Source: Yuukianura sp. NJ FZ-2021
Lineage: Eukaryota
DNA: 64,000 nt
Direction: 5' to 3'
Assembly (NCBI GenBank): GCA_046563655.1
Contig: CM102283.1
Span: forward strand, 8,866,001 to 8,930,000
Shown here: positions 37,801 to 48,695 of the stretch, in pieces
Layout: each line of letters begins with the position of its first letter
Numbering within the stretch: the stretch's first letter is position 1
Made by a program: the position numbers and the translations under genes
Notes under the pieces: generated by a model
The model's database searches: none
Seen by the model: only the letters and a program-made list of their open reading frames with translations
Told to the model about the DNA's origin: nothing

Positions 37801-39573
37801 TACTAAAAACTAATACTGAAGAACTCGTAGATTACGCAAAATGTAAACAGAAAACAGTTTTGAGTTCGATGCCTTTACCAATAATTCAAAAAGAATTTTA
37901 AAGTTGACATTTTTGACATTGTCAAAAAAAATTTTCATGATAAACAACTATACACTTGAAAATCGGCTCTTGGAATTTCCATTTTCAGAAAGAAATCATA
38001 ACACAAAAAAAATTATGACACAAAGTTTCCTGGTTTTTTCTTACCGAAAATACGTTTACTTAAACATTTTTGAGGGATTTACATTGAATTTATTTTCGTG
38101 AAATTTTGAAATTCTCCACTTTTTGCATTTTGACCTCGATTTGCATAAGAGATTGAACGCATGTCATCGGAAATTAAATATAAAGCGTCGTATATCCCTC
38201 CATGCTTTCTATGTTTTGAATCCAACCGAATTTTGAAATGGATCAATGATTGCGTGATGGACAAACTAAAAGCCCAAACGCAAAAAGTTTGTACAGATTT
38301 GTGATTGATAATGTGAGGCAAAAGCATCAACTTTTACCAAAAGCCGCCAAAAATTGACATTTGAAAAAACAGAAGTTACTTTTCGCATACTATTTTTGCA
38401 CTACAGGCGAGTAGAACTCCCAAAACTAAAACTTTTCGCAAAACTTTTGCTTTCTAATCAATTCAATCTCAAACCTTAAACTTTCTCCTCTACGTCAAAA
38501 ACATTCTACACTCCAAACAAAATTTGTCTGTCTGAAAAACTTCTAGAAAACAGTATTTTGAAAATCCTGACAATCTCTACTTGATCAAATCGTTACTCGC
38601 AGTTTTACGACAATCGTTTTAGAACTGTCGCAATTTGGGTAGAACTGAATCAGCACTTCCGAATCATAGCCACTCACTTTTGCAAGATTCAGACAAAAGA
38701 ATTTCAAAAAACCGAAAAAGAACAGAAAAAAGTTTAGTTTGTAAGACACGTAGGAGAAAGTGGATTCGTGGAGTTGTTTTCTTATAATTGGAAAAACTAG
38801 GATAATTGAACCCCTGAGGGAAACAATCTTTCTTACTTTCTCTACTTTTTCCAACACATAGACTTTCTTTTTAGTCTTTTTTTTTTTCGAAAAAAAAAAT
38901 TCCCGCCAAATCCACCCAGGGATCACCACTTTATCAAAAACCTTCTCAAAAATAAAATTTATGTTCTTCGCACGTCTACTAAATAACAATTTTGAAACAA
39001 GAATTCACGGCTATGCTTTCTCTCTCATTTTTATGTTCTTTCAGTCAATGTCTTTACTACTTTGCATATTTTTTTGAAAGTAGATTTGTAGAAATTCAAA
39101 TCCCAAAAGCATGTGTGTTCTGTTTTCAAAATATCATTCAACGTTCGATGAAACTAAAAATTTTATGCTCACATGCAAGTTTTTTTGAACAAGTCAAGTT
39201 TCATTTCCCACTGCAACGTTTGTTAAAAAAATGAAATCGTGCGCAATGCGAGTGCTTAAAAAGAAACTAAAGAAATCAAGAAAAAAAGTCTATGTGAAAG
39301 AAGTGAGTTTCGAAGTTTTGTAAAACTTTTTTGTCAGTTCCAGAAAGTGCTGTTCCCTGTCTAACTTTTTTGAAAAAGTAACTTTTTTGAAAGTGTTTTA
39401 TGAAAATTAAAAAAAAGTGTGTTATTACCTTCGAATGATGCATCGTATCCAGTTACAGATCTTCTTTGTTGTGAAGATTCCGGTGGCCCTAGATTGATGG
39501 ACCCCTTGGGCATGACAACCTCAGTCATCTCGGCCATTGGAACGTCTAAATCTGGAGCTCCTAAAAAATCCAT
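25821..39573 (-). CDS. Large stomatin / mec-2-like gene (paralogue C) with alternative first exons and mutually exclusive exons, ~316-330 aa
   Basis: Core exons 30659-30559, 30178-30121, 29751-29654, [28767-28670 OR 27384-27287], 27087-27052, 26969-26844, 26340-26175, 25964-25821; all GT-AG and in frame. Motifs [66 protein letters not shown]. Phase-1 first exons at 39573-39429, 35975-35810 and 31961-31838. Confidence 0.92.
27287..27384 (-). CDS. Stomatin C exon 5b (mutually exclusive): [33 protein letters not shown]
   Basis: 98 nt, cag acceptor, gtaaat donor, phase 0/2. Confidence 0.9.
28670..28767 (-). CDS. Stomatin C exon 5a (mutually exclusive): VLSRDSVTVSVDAVVYYRVNNPIMATNNVEDYS
   Basis: 98 nt, cag acceptor, gtatcg donor, phase 0/2, homologous to exon 5b. 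Not captured by the ORF track. Confidence 0.9.
28795..28898. repeat. Degenerate ~25-bp tandem repeat, ~4 copies
   Basis: aaatttcccactcatgtatttttcc / aaatttcccgccaatgtattgtcc / aaatttcccactcttgtatttttc. Confidence 0.7.
29791..30090. promoter_or_regulatory. Intronic cluster of IR-1 nuclear-receptor palindromes (EcRE consensus RGKTCANTGAMCY), partly as a 19-bp minisatellite
   Basis: Consensus matches start at 29791, 29808, 29870, 29930, 29968, 30040 and 30078; variants at 29949, 30002, 30021 and 30059. Function is inferred. Confidence 0.6.
31500..31582. repeat. ~30-bp tandem repeat, ~3 copies
   Basis: taggcttttcaaaaacat(a/g)gtttcatttc-like units. Confidence 0.7.
31838..31961 (-). CDS. Candidate proximal alternative first exon of stomatin C (MPETFLEPGQELGESSKSFISILVPTLKRPPNRDEVTLNFD)
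   Basis: tcaaaATG context, open 41 codons + 1 nt, donor gtggga. Phase matches the exon starting at 30659. Inr-like TCAGTT ~350 bp upstream. Confidence 0.55.
35152..35200. repeat. 19-bp tandem repeat (aagatttgaaaatgccgcg) x2.6
   Basis: Directly visible. Confidence 0.85.
35810..35975 (-). CDS. Alternative first exon of stomatin C (MEGQQEGPAQPKPMTMGPM...ELYTSNAD)
   Basis: ATG with an in-frame stop upstream, GC-rich coding-like island, donor gtaaga. 55 codons + 1 nt; phase matches the exon at 30659. P/Q-rich like exon 1 of paralogues A and B. Confidence 0.75.
36710..36772. repeat. 21-bp tandem repeat x3 (ctatgtatatgaaaacata..)
   Basis: Directly visible. Confidence 0.85.
39429..39573 (-). CDS. 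Distal alternative first exon of stomatin C (MDFLGAPDLDVPMAEMTEVVMPKG...GYDASFE)
   Basis: Coding-like island, donor gtaata, 48 codons + 1 nt; phase matches the exon at 30659. Confidence 0.65.
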
Positions 39574-41927
39574 TACACCACAGTTCAGATCAAAACCACC
39601 ACTTTTTTAACTTTTCCCGCCAAAGTTAGAAAAAACACAAAATCAACCAGTACGGAACATTTCTAAGGAGAAGTTCAAAGGTCAGAGTTCAAGAGTCTCA
39701 GAATTGGAAAGAGCAAGAGTCAGCATGGCCTTGTTCCAGTAATTGACAAACGAGTCCAACATTCTCGAAATTCGTTTTTTTCACTTTCACCACTCGTTTT
39801 CACTTCACTTCTCTTTTTTTTTTGTTCTGAATTCAAGAAAACTCAAGTACACGATGAATTTCCTGTTTGCCGTTTCTGTACAAGACAGTTGATTAGCCAA
39901 GGGGCCCTTAAGTGTACTTTCGCACGGGGACTTAAGGAATTTTTGAGATTAGACAGAGTGAAAGTCAAAGAAAGTAAAACAAAAGTGGACCATGCGAACA
40001 CTCTTTACTTAAAAAACCAGTAAAATTTGAAAAAAGAATCGACCAAAATCGATTTTTAGTAATAACTGGCTAGAATTTCTAAATTTTTTAGTCAAGTCTT
40101 TCTCTAATTTGGTGAAAACGAAACCTTTAAGAAACGAAAAAAAAGGGGAATTTTCAATTTTCATAAAAGTTGAATTTTCTTTGTCTTTAGTTTCAGTTTT
40201 CGAGTCTTTTGTTATTCTTTGATTGTGTTTTTATGATTGTTAAACTTTTAGTTTGGTGAAAAACTAACCTTATTTTTTTTCGTTTCTTTTCTGCTGTTTA
40301 CTTTAAGGTTCTTTCTTCTTCGGAAAAATTTGGTTTTTGAAGTTTCTTTAACTTAAAATCAACAAGTAGAATTTGAAACTAAATTCTGACATTTTCCATC
40401 TTTGAAAAAAAAGTTAAAAAAGAACTTTTCTTTTCTGTTTCTTTCCACAAAAATGAACTTTCCACTTGTAAAGTTTCTGAGGCGTAAACACAGTTGGTGA
40501 TGGTGGGAGAGAAAATTAATTACTTTCAATTAATTTGAAGTGAAGTGAGTGGAAAGGTTTTGAAAAGGGCGGAAAGACTCTCTTTTTTGAAACGCCGGTG
40601 GAATAAGAGCTCCCAAAATAATTACAATCACACAACTCTTTCAACAGTTCGCAAATTGAAAACTTTCTCTTTTTTAAAAACTTTCTTTCTGTTTGTGTGA
40701 AAACCTCAAAACCTGTTGAATTTTTTTCAGCGCCACAAAAATTGCCAATGTGAACTAGAAAGGCTGTTTGCAAAAAATGGTAAAAATGTAAAGGAAATCA
40801 CGGTTTGGGAAAAAAAGAAATTGGCAGATGCCGCTGTTTGACGATGTGAAAATTTCACTCTGTTTGGTTCGAATGAGCCTCGGTGAAAAACTTTTTCTTT
40901 TGAAAATTCTGTTTTTTAGAAATGCGGAGATTTGGATTGTGGTGGTGCCAGTTGAAGACTGATGGTATAAAAGTAAAAGTTTGGCTTTCTCTGCTTTCTC
41001 TAGTACTGCTAGACTTAAATAGACGTGTGATGACTATTAAAAGAAAAAACGGGTCGATTTGAAATTAAGTCGAAATTGATGTTCTTGTCAAGTTTTAACA
41101 TCGTGGACTAGAACTGCCCTAGTTCCAGTATAAACCTAACCCCTATTGGTTTTAGTCATTACTTCTAGTATAGTGAGAACCAAAGTCAACATTTAGCAAA
41201 AAAAAGAGTAGTCGATAACCTATAATTTAATGTGAATAGAATTTTTTGTTCTGCCAAGAATTGACTATGATTGATTTCTTCCATTTTTCATCAACTAATC
41301 ATCACCAAACTCAACTTTCTCCAGTTTTCAGGTAATGTGGATATAATAATTTCCATTTCAATACTAAAGTCAAGTAAAAAAAAATTCTAAGCGTAACAAA
41401 AGTTTGTGGCAAAAATGTTGAAAATTTTGAACTTTTGTGAAGCTATGCTAAAGAAATCAGGAAGAAATCCACGACAGTAGCATTCTTTGATTTTGTGTTT
41501 AGAATTTTGAACAGTTTAGAACAAGAAACTGGATTAGTGTTTAAAACGAAATTGGATTTTGAGGTTAATTCTGCTGTCGTACTTGAATTAAAAATTCATG
41601 AAACACACAAAGGGATGCGGCATATTTCCTAAAAACAGAAATGTTTTCACAGAAAACACAAAACTCATTTCCATAAAATTTTCCTTTCTTCAGAAAAGCC
41701 ATACAGTTTTTAATGATTCCTGGAAATGGCTTGAAATTGTTCTTTAAATTGAAATTAATATTGTCATGTCAATACAATTTCAACAAAAGTTTAACATTTA
41801 TAAGTAAAAGCCGTAAGGTTTCGGAAATGCAGAGAAAGCTGAAATCTGCCTGCGTGTTCTTTCTTGAAAAAAAAAGTTCGTGCTAAACTTTAAACTTTCC
41901 CGCATCGTCAATTTTTGAGCAAATGAG

Positions 41928-42464
41928 ATGACGACTGAGCTGACCTCATTCGAGCCTGGAGTGTCGTCATTAGGAGAGCGCGAAATGTCAGAGGAAGATC
42001 AGCCTCACGTCCAAGCTTTGCCAACGGAGCCTTTTGAAATTTCCGACGCGCCCGCGCCTTTAGCGCATCCGCTGCTTCCAGAACTACGACATTACACAGT
42101 TACAATGGAGGATATGAATCAAATCCTGCAAGAATTTCCACAAATCGGGACTTTGCTAGCTGGAATCGAAGCGGGGTTTCGATTTGCCGATTACTTTGGA
42201 GTTCCAATTGGAGGTATCACTTTACTTAATTGAAATTTTGGGTGTGGTCAAAATTTTGAAAAAAAGAATCTTTTTGATTTAGATTTTTATCCGTTTGTGC
42301 AACTGTACTGTCTGCGATGCTTAGCTTTCGGACTCACTGTTCCTGGAAGAGTTGTCACCACTTGGTCAAAAGTTCAAAAAAAGTGGAATTCCTTCAAAAA
42401 CTTTTTCCGTTCAAACTCAAACGTAAATAAAATAAACTTTTCTAAAAGGAAAGGCAAAAAATGA
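41928..42464 (+). CDS. Small two-exon orphan protein, ~155 aa (acidic N-terminus, hydrophobic middle, basic C-terminus)
   Basis: Exon 1 41928-42213 (donor gtatca), 69-nt intron, exon 2 42283-42464 open in the matching phase (DFYPFVQLYCLRCLAFGLTVPGRV...). GC-richer than its flanks. No recognisable family. Confidence 0.6.
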
Positions 42465-45400
42465 TAAAATTGAGTTTGTGTCTAAATTTTCCTTTTTTCA
42501 TAAAATTTTGATGCAGACTTGAGCATACCTGGCTTCTCAAATCAACTTTTAGCAACGTCAAGAATGACTTTCTCCAAAAGTGAAAGTCGCAAAAGATAAA
42601 AAAGGCGCCAAATTCATTAGTATTGAAATCCAAACCTCGAGGGAGAAAAAAAAATGTTCCATTATGTTTCCAACGCTGTGAGTTCCAATTTCCTTCCTAA
42701 TAAAAACGAAAATGAAAAGAAACGGAAAATCCTACAAAATCCTACCAAAATCATTCGTTTGACTGCAGGGAAAGAAACTTAAACAAAATCACGTCTTACT
42801 ATCACCAAACTGAAACTTTTAGAACTTCACGTCTTCAGAAAATGGTGTGAAAAAGAGAAACTAAAAGGAACAGGAATTTAGAAAAAAAAACAAGAAAGTG
42901 TGAATCTCGTTCCTGAAAAAAGCGGAAAACGAGCTTTCTCGTATTCGTACTTCTTTTTTGTTTATTCAAGCGAAAGAAAAAAAAGATGCGCATATTTACC
43001 ATAAACGACTATTTTTTTTTACTTAAAAGTAAAAGCAGTTAAGGATCTTCAGTAGCCTAACGTAGTATAAACCTAATCTAAACCTTCTACTAAAAGCATA
43101 ACTTTTTAGCATGTCTCTCAAAATGACTGTCTCTTAACGACTCACTTTGGAGATTAATGATGATTTGGCCCCAATTTCTCCTGCTCCAAACTCCATTAGA
43201 TCTCGACTTTATTACCCGACTCAAGAACCTCTAAAATTTGAAAACACGGAGCCGAAGTATCTAAATTTGAATTTTTGAATAGTTTTTGGAAATGAAAATG
43301 GCTAGTCAAGTGGAAACTAAAATTTTATGTAACATTGGAACAGTTTTGTGGAAAATGTGTCGCCTTTGAAAATGAACTTTAACACCTCAGAAAATTGGAA
43401 CTATTGTGACGGCGGCGTCAAAAGTTTATTTGTAACTCCTGCGGTCTGTATTTGATTCATTTTGAACCTGCCATTCTGGTAAAGTGTGTTGTTTGACACA
43501 AAGTTTTGACTTGCGCAAATGTAGTGGTGAAAATGAATTTTGAAACTGGTGCGAAGTTTATTGTCAAACAAAACTTTTGTGTGAATTCAAGCAATCATGA
43601 AATCGCCAAAATCGAAATTTTGTCCACATCAAAATTCCAACGCAAAATTTGGTTGAAAGTCTTCAAATTCTCAGTTAGTTCGAAGTTCCAAAAAAAATAA
43701 GTTGTTGTAAGTCCACAAATAACTTTCGTTCTTACGCATAATTTTCCAAAACTTTCAAACTTGTTCCGTGATGTTGCCTAAGTCATTAGCAAATTTCGCT
43801 TTGGCGCCGGCTCATGCTTGAAGTGTAGGAAGTTCGAAAAGATTGAAAACAATTGTGAAAGTTTTATGAGGGAAAGTGACTCTTGACATTTCACCGTACT
43901 TTTCCTAAAAGAAAGTTTTTGCTTCCAACATTTCAACTTTTCCAAATTTTGAAAAAAGTGGACCAACCTGTGTTGCAGGTTACACAGCTTGCACTTTCTG
44001 TTCAAATTGATCAAACTTTGATAACTATTTAGGCTTAGCCTGACATTTTTCAAACATATTTTTTTGTTCCTTCTTCCAGCAAGTATCAAATAACCAACAT
44101 GAAACTATTGTTATTACAAACCGCATAATCGTGCATTCCCGTGTAAAATTGCACATTTCATATGACAAAAGAACCACAAGGTTTCACTTTCTCCTGCTTT
44201 GAATTTCAATGAAAGCGTCACACTTACACGCCCCAGTATTTTGGAAAATTTCGGAGTGAGAGAAAAAAGTTAGCGGAAATTTTTGAAAGTTCAAACGCCT
44301 TCCTGGTTCTACGTTCATCGATCTCCGGTCGTCGCTCTTTCCCGCCTTCTCTATTATTCAATTTGCAAAAAGACGGAATAGCACTGAATACTTGTCAATT
44401 TGTAATGAAATCTTTTGTCCACCCTCCTCTTCGCTGCTTTTTTCCCCCAAAAAAAGGTATTGCTAAATTCGTATTTTACAACAATCTGCGCTGGTTTAAA
44501 AAAAAGTATAAGTTCAAAAATATTTCTGGAATCTTTTGAAGTGCAACGCGGGAAGAGCTCTGCGGCTGAAGCCTCAATTAAAACTGAAGTGGAACAATTA
44601 CGTCAAAGGAGAAAATTAAATGAAGCGTCGGAAAGTGAATTAAAAATTTGCTTTGCTTTAGCAAGATTCTCCAATCCTGCTCAAAGTGGCAGCTTTTCTT
44701 TAACAAAATTTTGGAAAGTGTTGTAGGGGGAGAAAGTGGCGAAAGTCTTGTTTCCTTTCCGTTGTCTCTTTCTAGCATAAACTAACATTACGTATATGCT
44801 GCATGAATGAATTCTGAAAGGTTTGTGTTCCGTCCTAATTGATGGTGTTATGACTCGAGACAGCTTTTCAGAAGCATCCTAATCTCTAATGCACAGGCGC
44901 AAATTCAACAAAAAGCTTCTGTTTTGACAAAATCACAAACGAAATAGAACAGAAGTGGAATTACGAGTTTGACATGTCATTAATCTTAAAAAATTTAAAC
45001 GAATTTCAAAAAAGTGACAGTAGTTTCTGAAAAACAAAAGATTCTTTTTGAAAACATGTTGAAATCGCAATGAAACTTTTTCCTTTACCGTATGAAATTG
45101 TACTTTTTGAAAAATATGTATTGTGCGGTTTGACCTGAAAATTTTGGACAGTGAAGAATGAAGTACGAGAACATTGCTTATTGCTTTGTTTCTTCCTGCA
45201 GTTTGTTCTAGTAAAAAAAGTTATCTTGACAGCTCTGCGACTTTTGGACTAAAAAAATGTGGAGAAAGCATATACATCTTTCAATTTGGGAAACTAAAAA
45301 ATACATCAAAAGGTTTTCCCTCCACACCCAGCACCAATTTTTAAAAATAGTAGATTTTTTTAGACTTTTATTTCGAACAGAAAACTTTGAAAAAAAAAGC

Positions 45401-45977
45401 TCTGCTGGTAAGGAAAGTTAAGGAGCTTAGTTTTCAATCTCGTCAAAAAATTGAAACTCTGAAAGTGCGAGAAATTTTTTTTTCCTCAAAGTTCAATACG
45501 AAAGTCTCCAATCTCAAATTTCATTCGAGGTCTAGCTGTAATTCGAGTAAAGTAAAAGTAGATTTTCAGAACCTTGAGTATTAACTTTGCACGACGACGT
45601 AGTTTACAGTTGCCCGCCATTTTCAAAATCGAACAACCCAATAATCAAGTTTCTTTTCTGTTTCATTTCATTAGTATTTAAACGTTTTTCTTTCTGTTTA
45701 AAATTTTCCAGGAAAACTAGAAAAGTTCCAATTTTTTGATAATTTAACTGTCCTCGATTATAAAACAAAAGGCCTTGGCGGGAGTTACTGAAATTTTCAA
45801 AAATTCGTCCATTTTATGGATTCCACTTGCCTTGGAGCATAATACGCTTTCTCTTCTGTAAGTTATAGGCTTTTAATAATATCGAAAGGTTTTAAGTTAA
45901 TAAATAATTTATCAAAGTGGCAAGTATAAGTTTATATGAGCCGAAAAGGTTCCTATAGAAGAAACACGGCTAGTATA

Positions 45978-46097
45978 CCGTAAAACTCCGAATAATCGCA
46001 CGGGCGTTTTCTCCAAATTTCAACGACTTTATTTCTCTCAGTGTAGGTTGCACCCCGCGGTGCAATGAAAACCCGGCGTTTATTAGAAGTTTTACGG
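45978..46097. mobile_element. 120-bp MITE, Tc1/mariner superfamily (Tc2/pogo-like CCGTA termini), TA TSD
   Basis: ta|ccgtaaaactccgaataatcgc ... gcgtttattagaagttttacgg|ta: imperfect ~22-bp TIR flanked by TA on both sides. Confidence 0.8.
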
Positions 46098-48695
46098 TAA
46101 CGCACCTTTTAAAAACGAAGGCCTTCTCTATGGAAAATGAAATACAAATTGTATTTTGAAAATTCCTGGCATTTGGCATCTATTGTGGTCGTGTCACTGC
46201 AGCTTTCCTGTGTCAGACGCCTACGCCTCTCGTCACTTTAATTATCTTCCAAACCCTAGCATGAAATTAAAAAATGCTTTTTAAAACAAATTTTCTCCAA
46301 AGGTGAAAGTTCACTTTAGTTTCAATTTTTCATTTTTTAGACAGTTCTTGTTAAAAACTCCACCCAAAACGTCATTAGTAAGCTCAGCCTAATAGACTCA
46401 ATTTTACGAATTTTCGCCAAAAAAAAAAAACTCTGCTAATTTATCGTCCTAAAATCCAAATTTTCTCCAGCCCGGAAACCAAAGTTGGCAAAAGTAGTTC
46501 AATTTTTTTTAACCCAATAAAAATTGATTTCTTTTTGTAAAAAAGACGAGTCCATTTCTGTCTATGTTCAAGATTTTAATGAATATTTTAAGAAACCGAA
46601 ATTGGATCAAAGTCGAATTGACTTCCACGTAATAGTTTTCGTCCTAAACGGTTGGTTAACCATGAGCTAAAGTAGTTTCAAAAAATTTTCCGGGCTGGCT
46701 TCGGGAAGAGGGAATTTGGGACGCTTGTCTTGAACTTTTTCCTTAGAAAAGTAGAAAAAGTAAAAGCTTTTACAACTTTGACATTTTGAAGTTGGCCTAT
46801 TTTAAAGTTCCGGTGGAGTACTTACAACATGATTTTGGGAGAGATGAAAGTTTATAAGTCTGAGCTCATTACGTTTCCTCTCCCTTAAATAACATATTGC
46901 CCTCTGACATGCATTTTGAACAGAAACACGCGCGTTTTTTTCAAAGAGAAAGTCAGTAAATTTCATTTCCTCTTACAAATAAGATGTGACTTCTTAAAAA
47001 GTAAAAACCAAATCAACAAATGGACAACGAAATGGCTCTTTTTCATTTCAATTTTCCCGGTTTCCTTTCTCAGGAGGTCGTTGCCACCAGGCTATCATGT
47101 TGTAAACACTATGAAAATTATGTACGATGAAATTTTTTTTGTCAAAAACGGAAGTTGTCGAAAAAAATTTTTAAATGCAGACTTTTCTAACTCTTCACCT
47201 CGTTTTTTAGGTATGTTAACTTTGCATTAAACTTTGCTCTTACTCGTAATGATAGTTTTCAAAAAATGTCAAAAAATGTTAGTAGTAGTGTAAAAAACAC
47301 AAACTTTTTGTTTGTTCTTACTTTAGTTATAGGTTGAAGGTCACACGTCTTGTTCTATTTGGTGAAAGGTTGATTGGGAATATGAGAATTACGATTGTTC
47401 GAGTTTCAGCAGCGTTTTCGCTTGTTCGTTGTAGAAGTAAACAGACGCAGATGAAAAAGTTTCCTGTTGAAAAGCAGTAAACTTCTTTGAAAGGCTTTCA
47501 CCAGTCAGAATTTTTTCTTTCCAGAACTTCTGCAGTCCGATTCTTCCTATTTTTCTCTTTCAGCTTGAAAGAATGTAGGAGGTTCCCTTCACTCCAGCAC
47601 AATTGGACTTCCTATTATTCTTTTTTCTTGTTCAGAAAAAAAGGAGCAGAAAATCCAACAACTTTCACTTTTATAGACTCAAAAAGACAGTGAAAAAGTA
47701 TTCTACTTAAAATACTTTCGCCAATGCCTTCCAATGCTTTCGTCCAGAAATTCCTAGTTAGTGGTTAGGTTAAGCTCAAATTGTCGGACGTAATTATTAA
47801 AAATTATTTTATACTACTGCGGATTACGTTTTGTCTCTACTTTTTTGAGGAAGACGAAATTTTGAAAAATAGTCCGTGTTCACTTTCACTTTAGCAGTAG
47901 AGTGAAGCGGAACTTATGTAAATAGTTGGAGCGTTTGGTAGAATTTCGTGTCTGGAATAAATGGAAATCCGATCCTCCCCTTCTGGCACCCAACAGTTGA
48001 CTCTCAAGACTTTCACCGAGAAAGCCAACTTTTGTACACGGAAAAAGCCACTCACTACGTCTTCTGAGTTCCAGGACACTTCTGCACGGAAACTTTTGTA
48101 CGCCTTTCTCCATATACAGACACTTGCGGAAGCCATTTTCTTACATCGTGGTCACCACAAGCAGTTTATATGCTTTATTAGGTTAGGTCCGTAAGTATCC
48201 GTTCATAAAACTACTCGTCCATTACTTTCCGGACGTGAAAGTCCGAGAATTTTATATTCCTTTCCCCGTCCGGGTTTCGAAACCAGAGAAAGTTATTGGA
48301 AGCGACGTTCGGCCCAATTCGGTTCCCGCAGTTCAGCAAAGGAAACAAATTATTTTAATTTCCTTCTCTTTTCTTCCGGGAAAACACCCAAAGTCACATT
48401 TTCGCTACGTTTTTTTTCAATAATGGCGCATTATCTTCAATCGCTTCACACAAACGCTTCTGAGAACTTGTGACTACAGGGAAAACTTAATTTCACAAAT
48501 ATTTCGCTTACTAACTACCAAGGTTAAAGTACGAATAGAAAAATTATCGAATATTCGAAAGGGAATTATAATACAATTGTCAATAATTTCAACAAATAAG
48601 TAAACTTCGGGTAATTAAATATACGACATAAACCAAATTGCTAAATTAATCATTTCCTTTGATAATAAATTAACTACCAGCATGGGGATTTTAGT

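Noticed and set aside
47891-48136. 81-aa minus-strand ORF with aaaATGG context
   Set aside because: No recognisable homology or splice partners, and overlapping ORFs of similar length exist in other frames. It cannot be supported without expression data.
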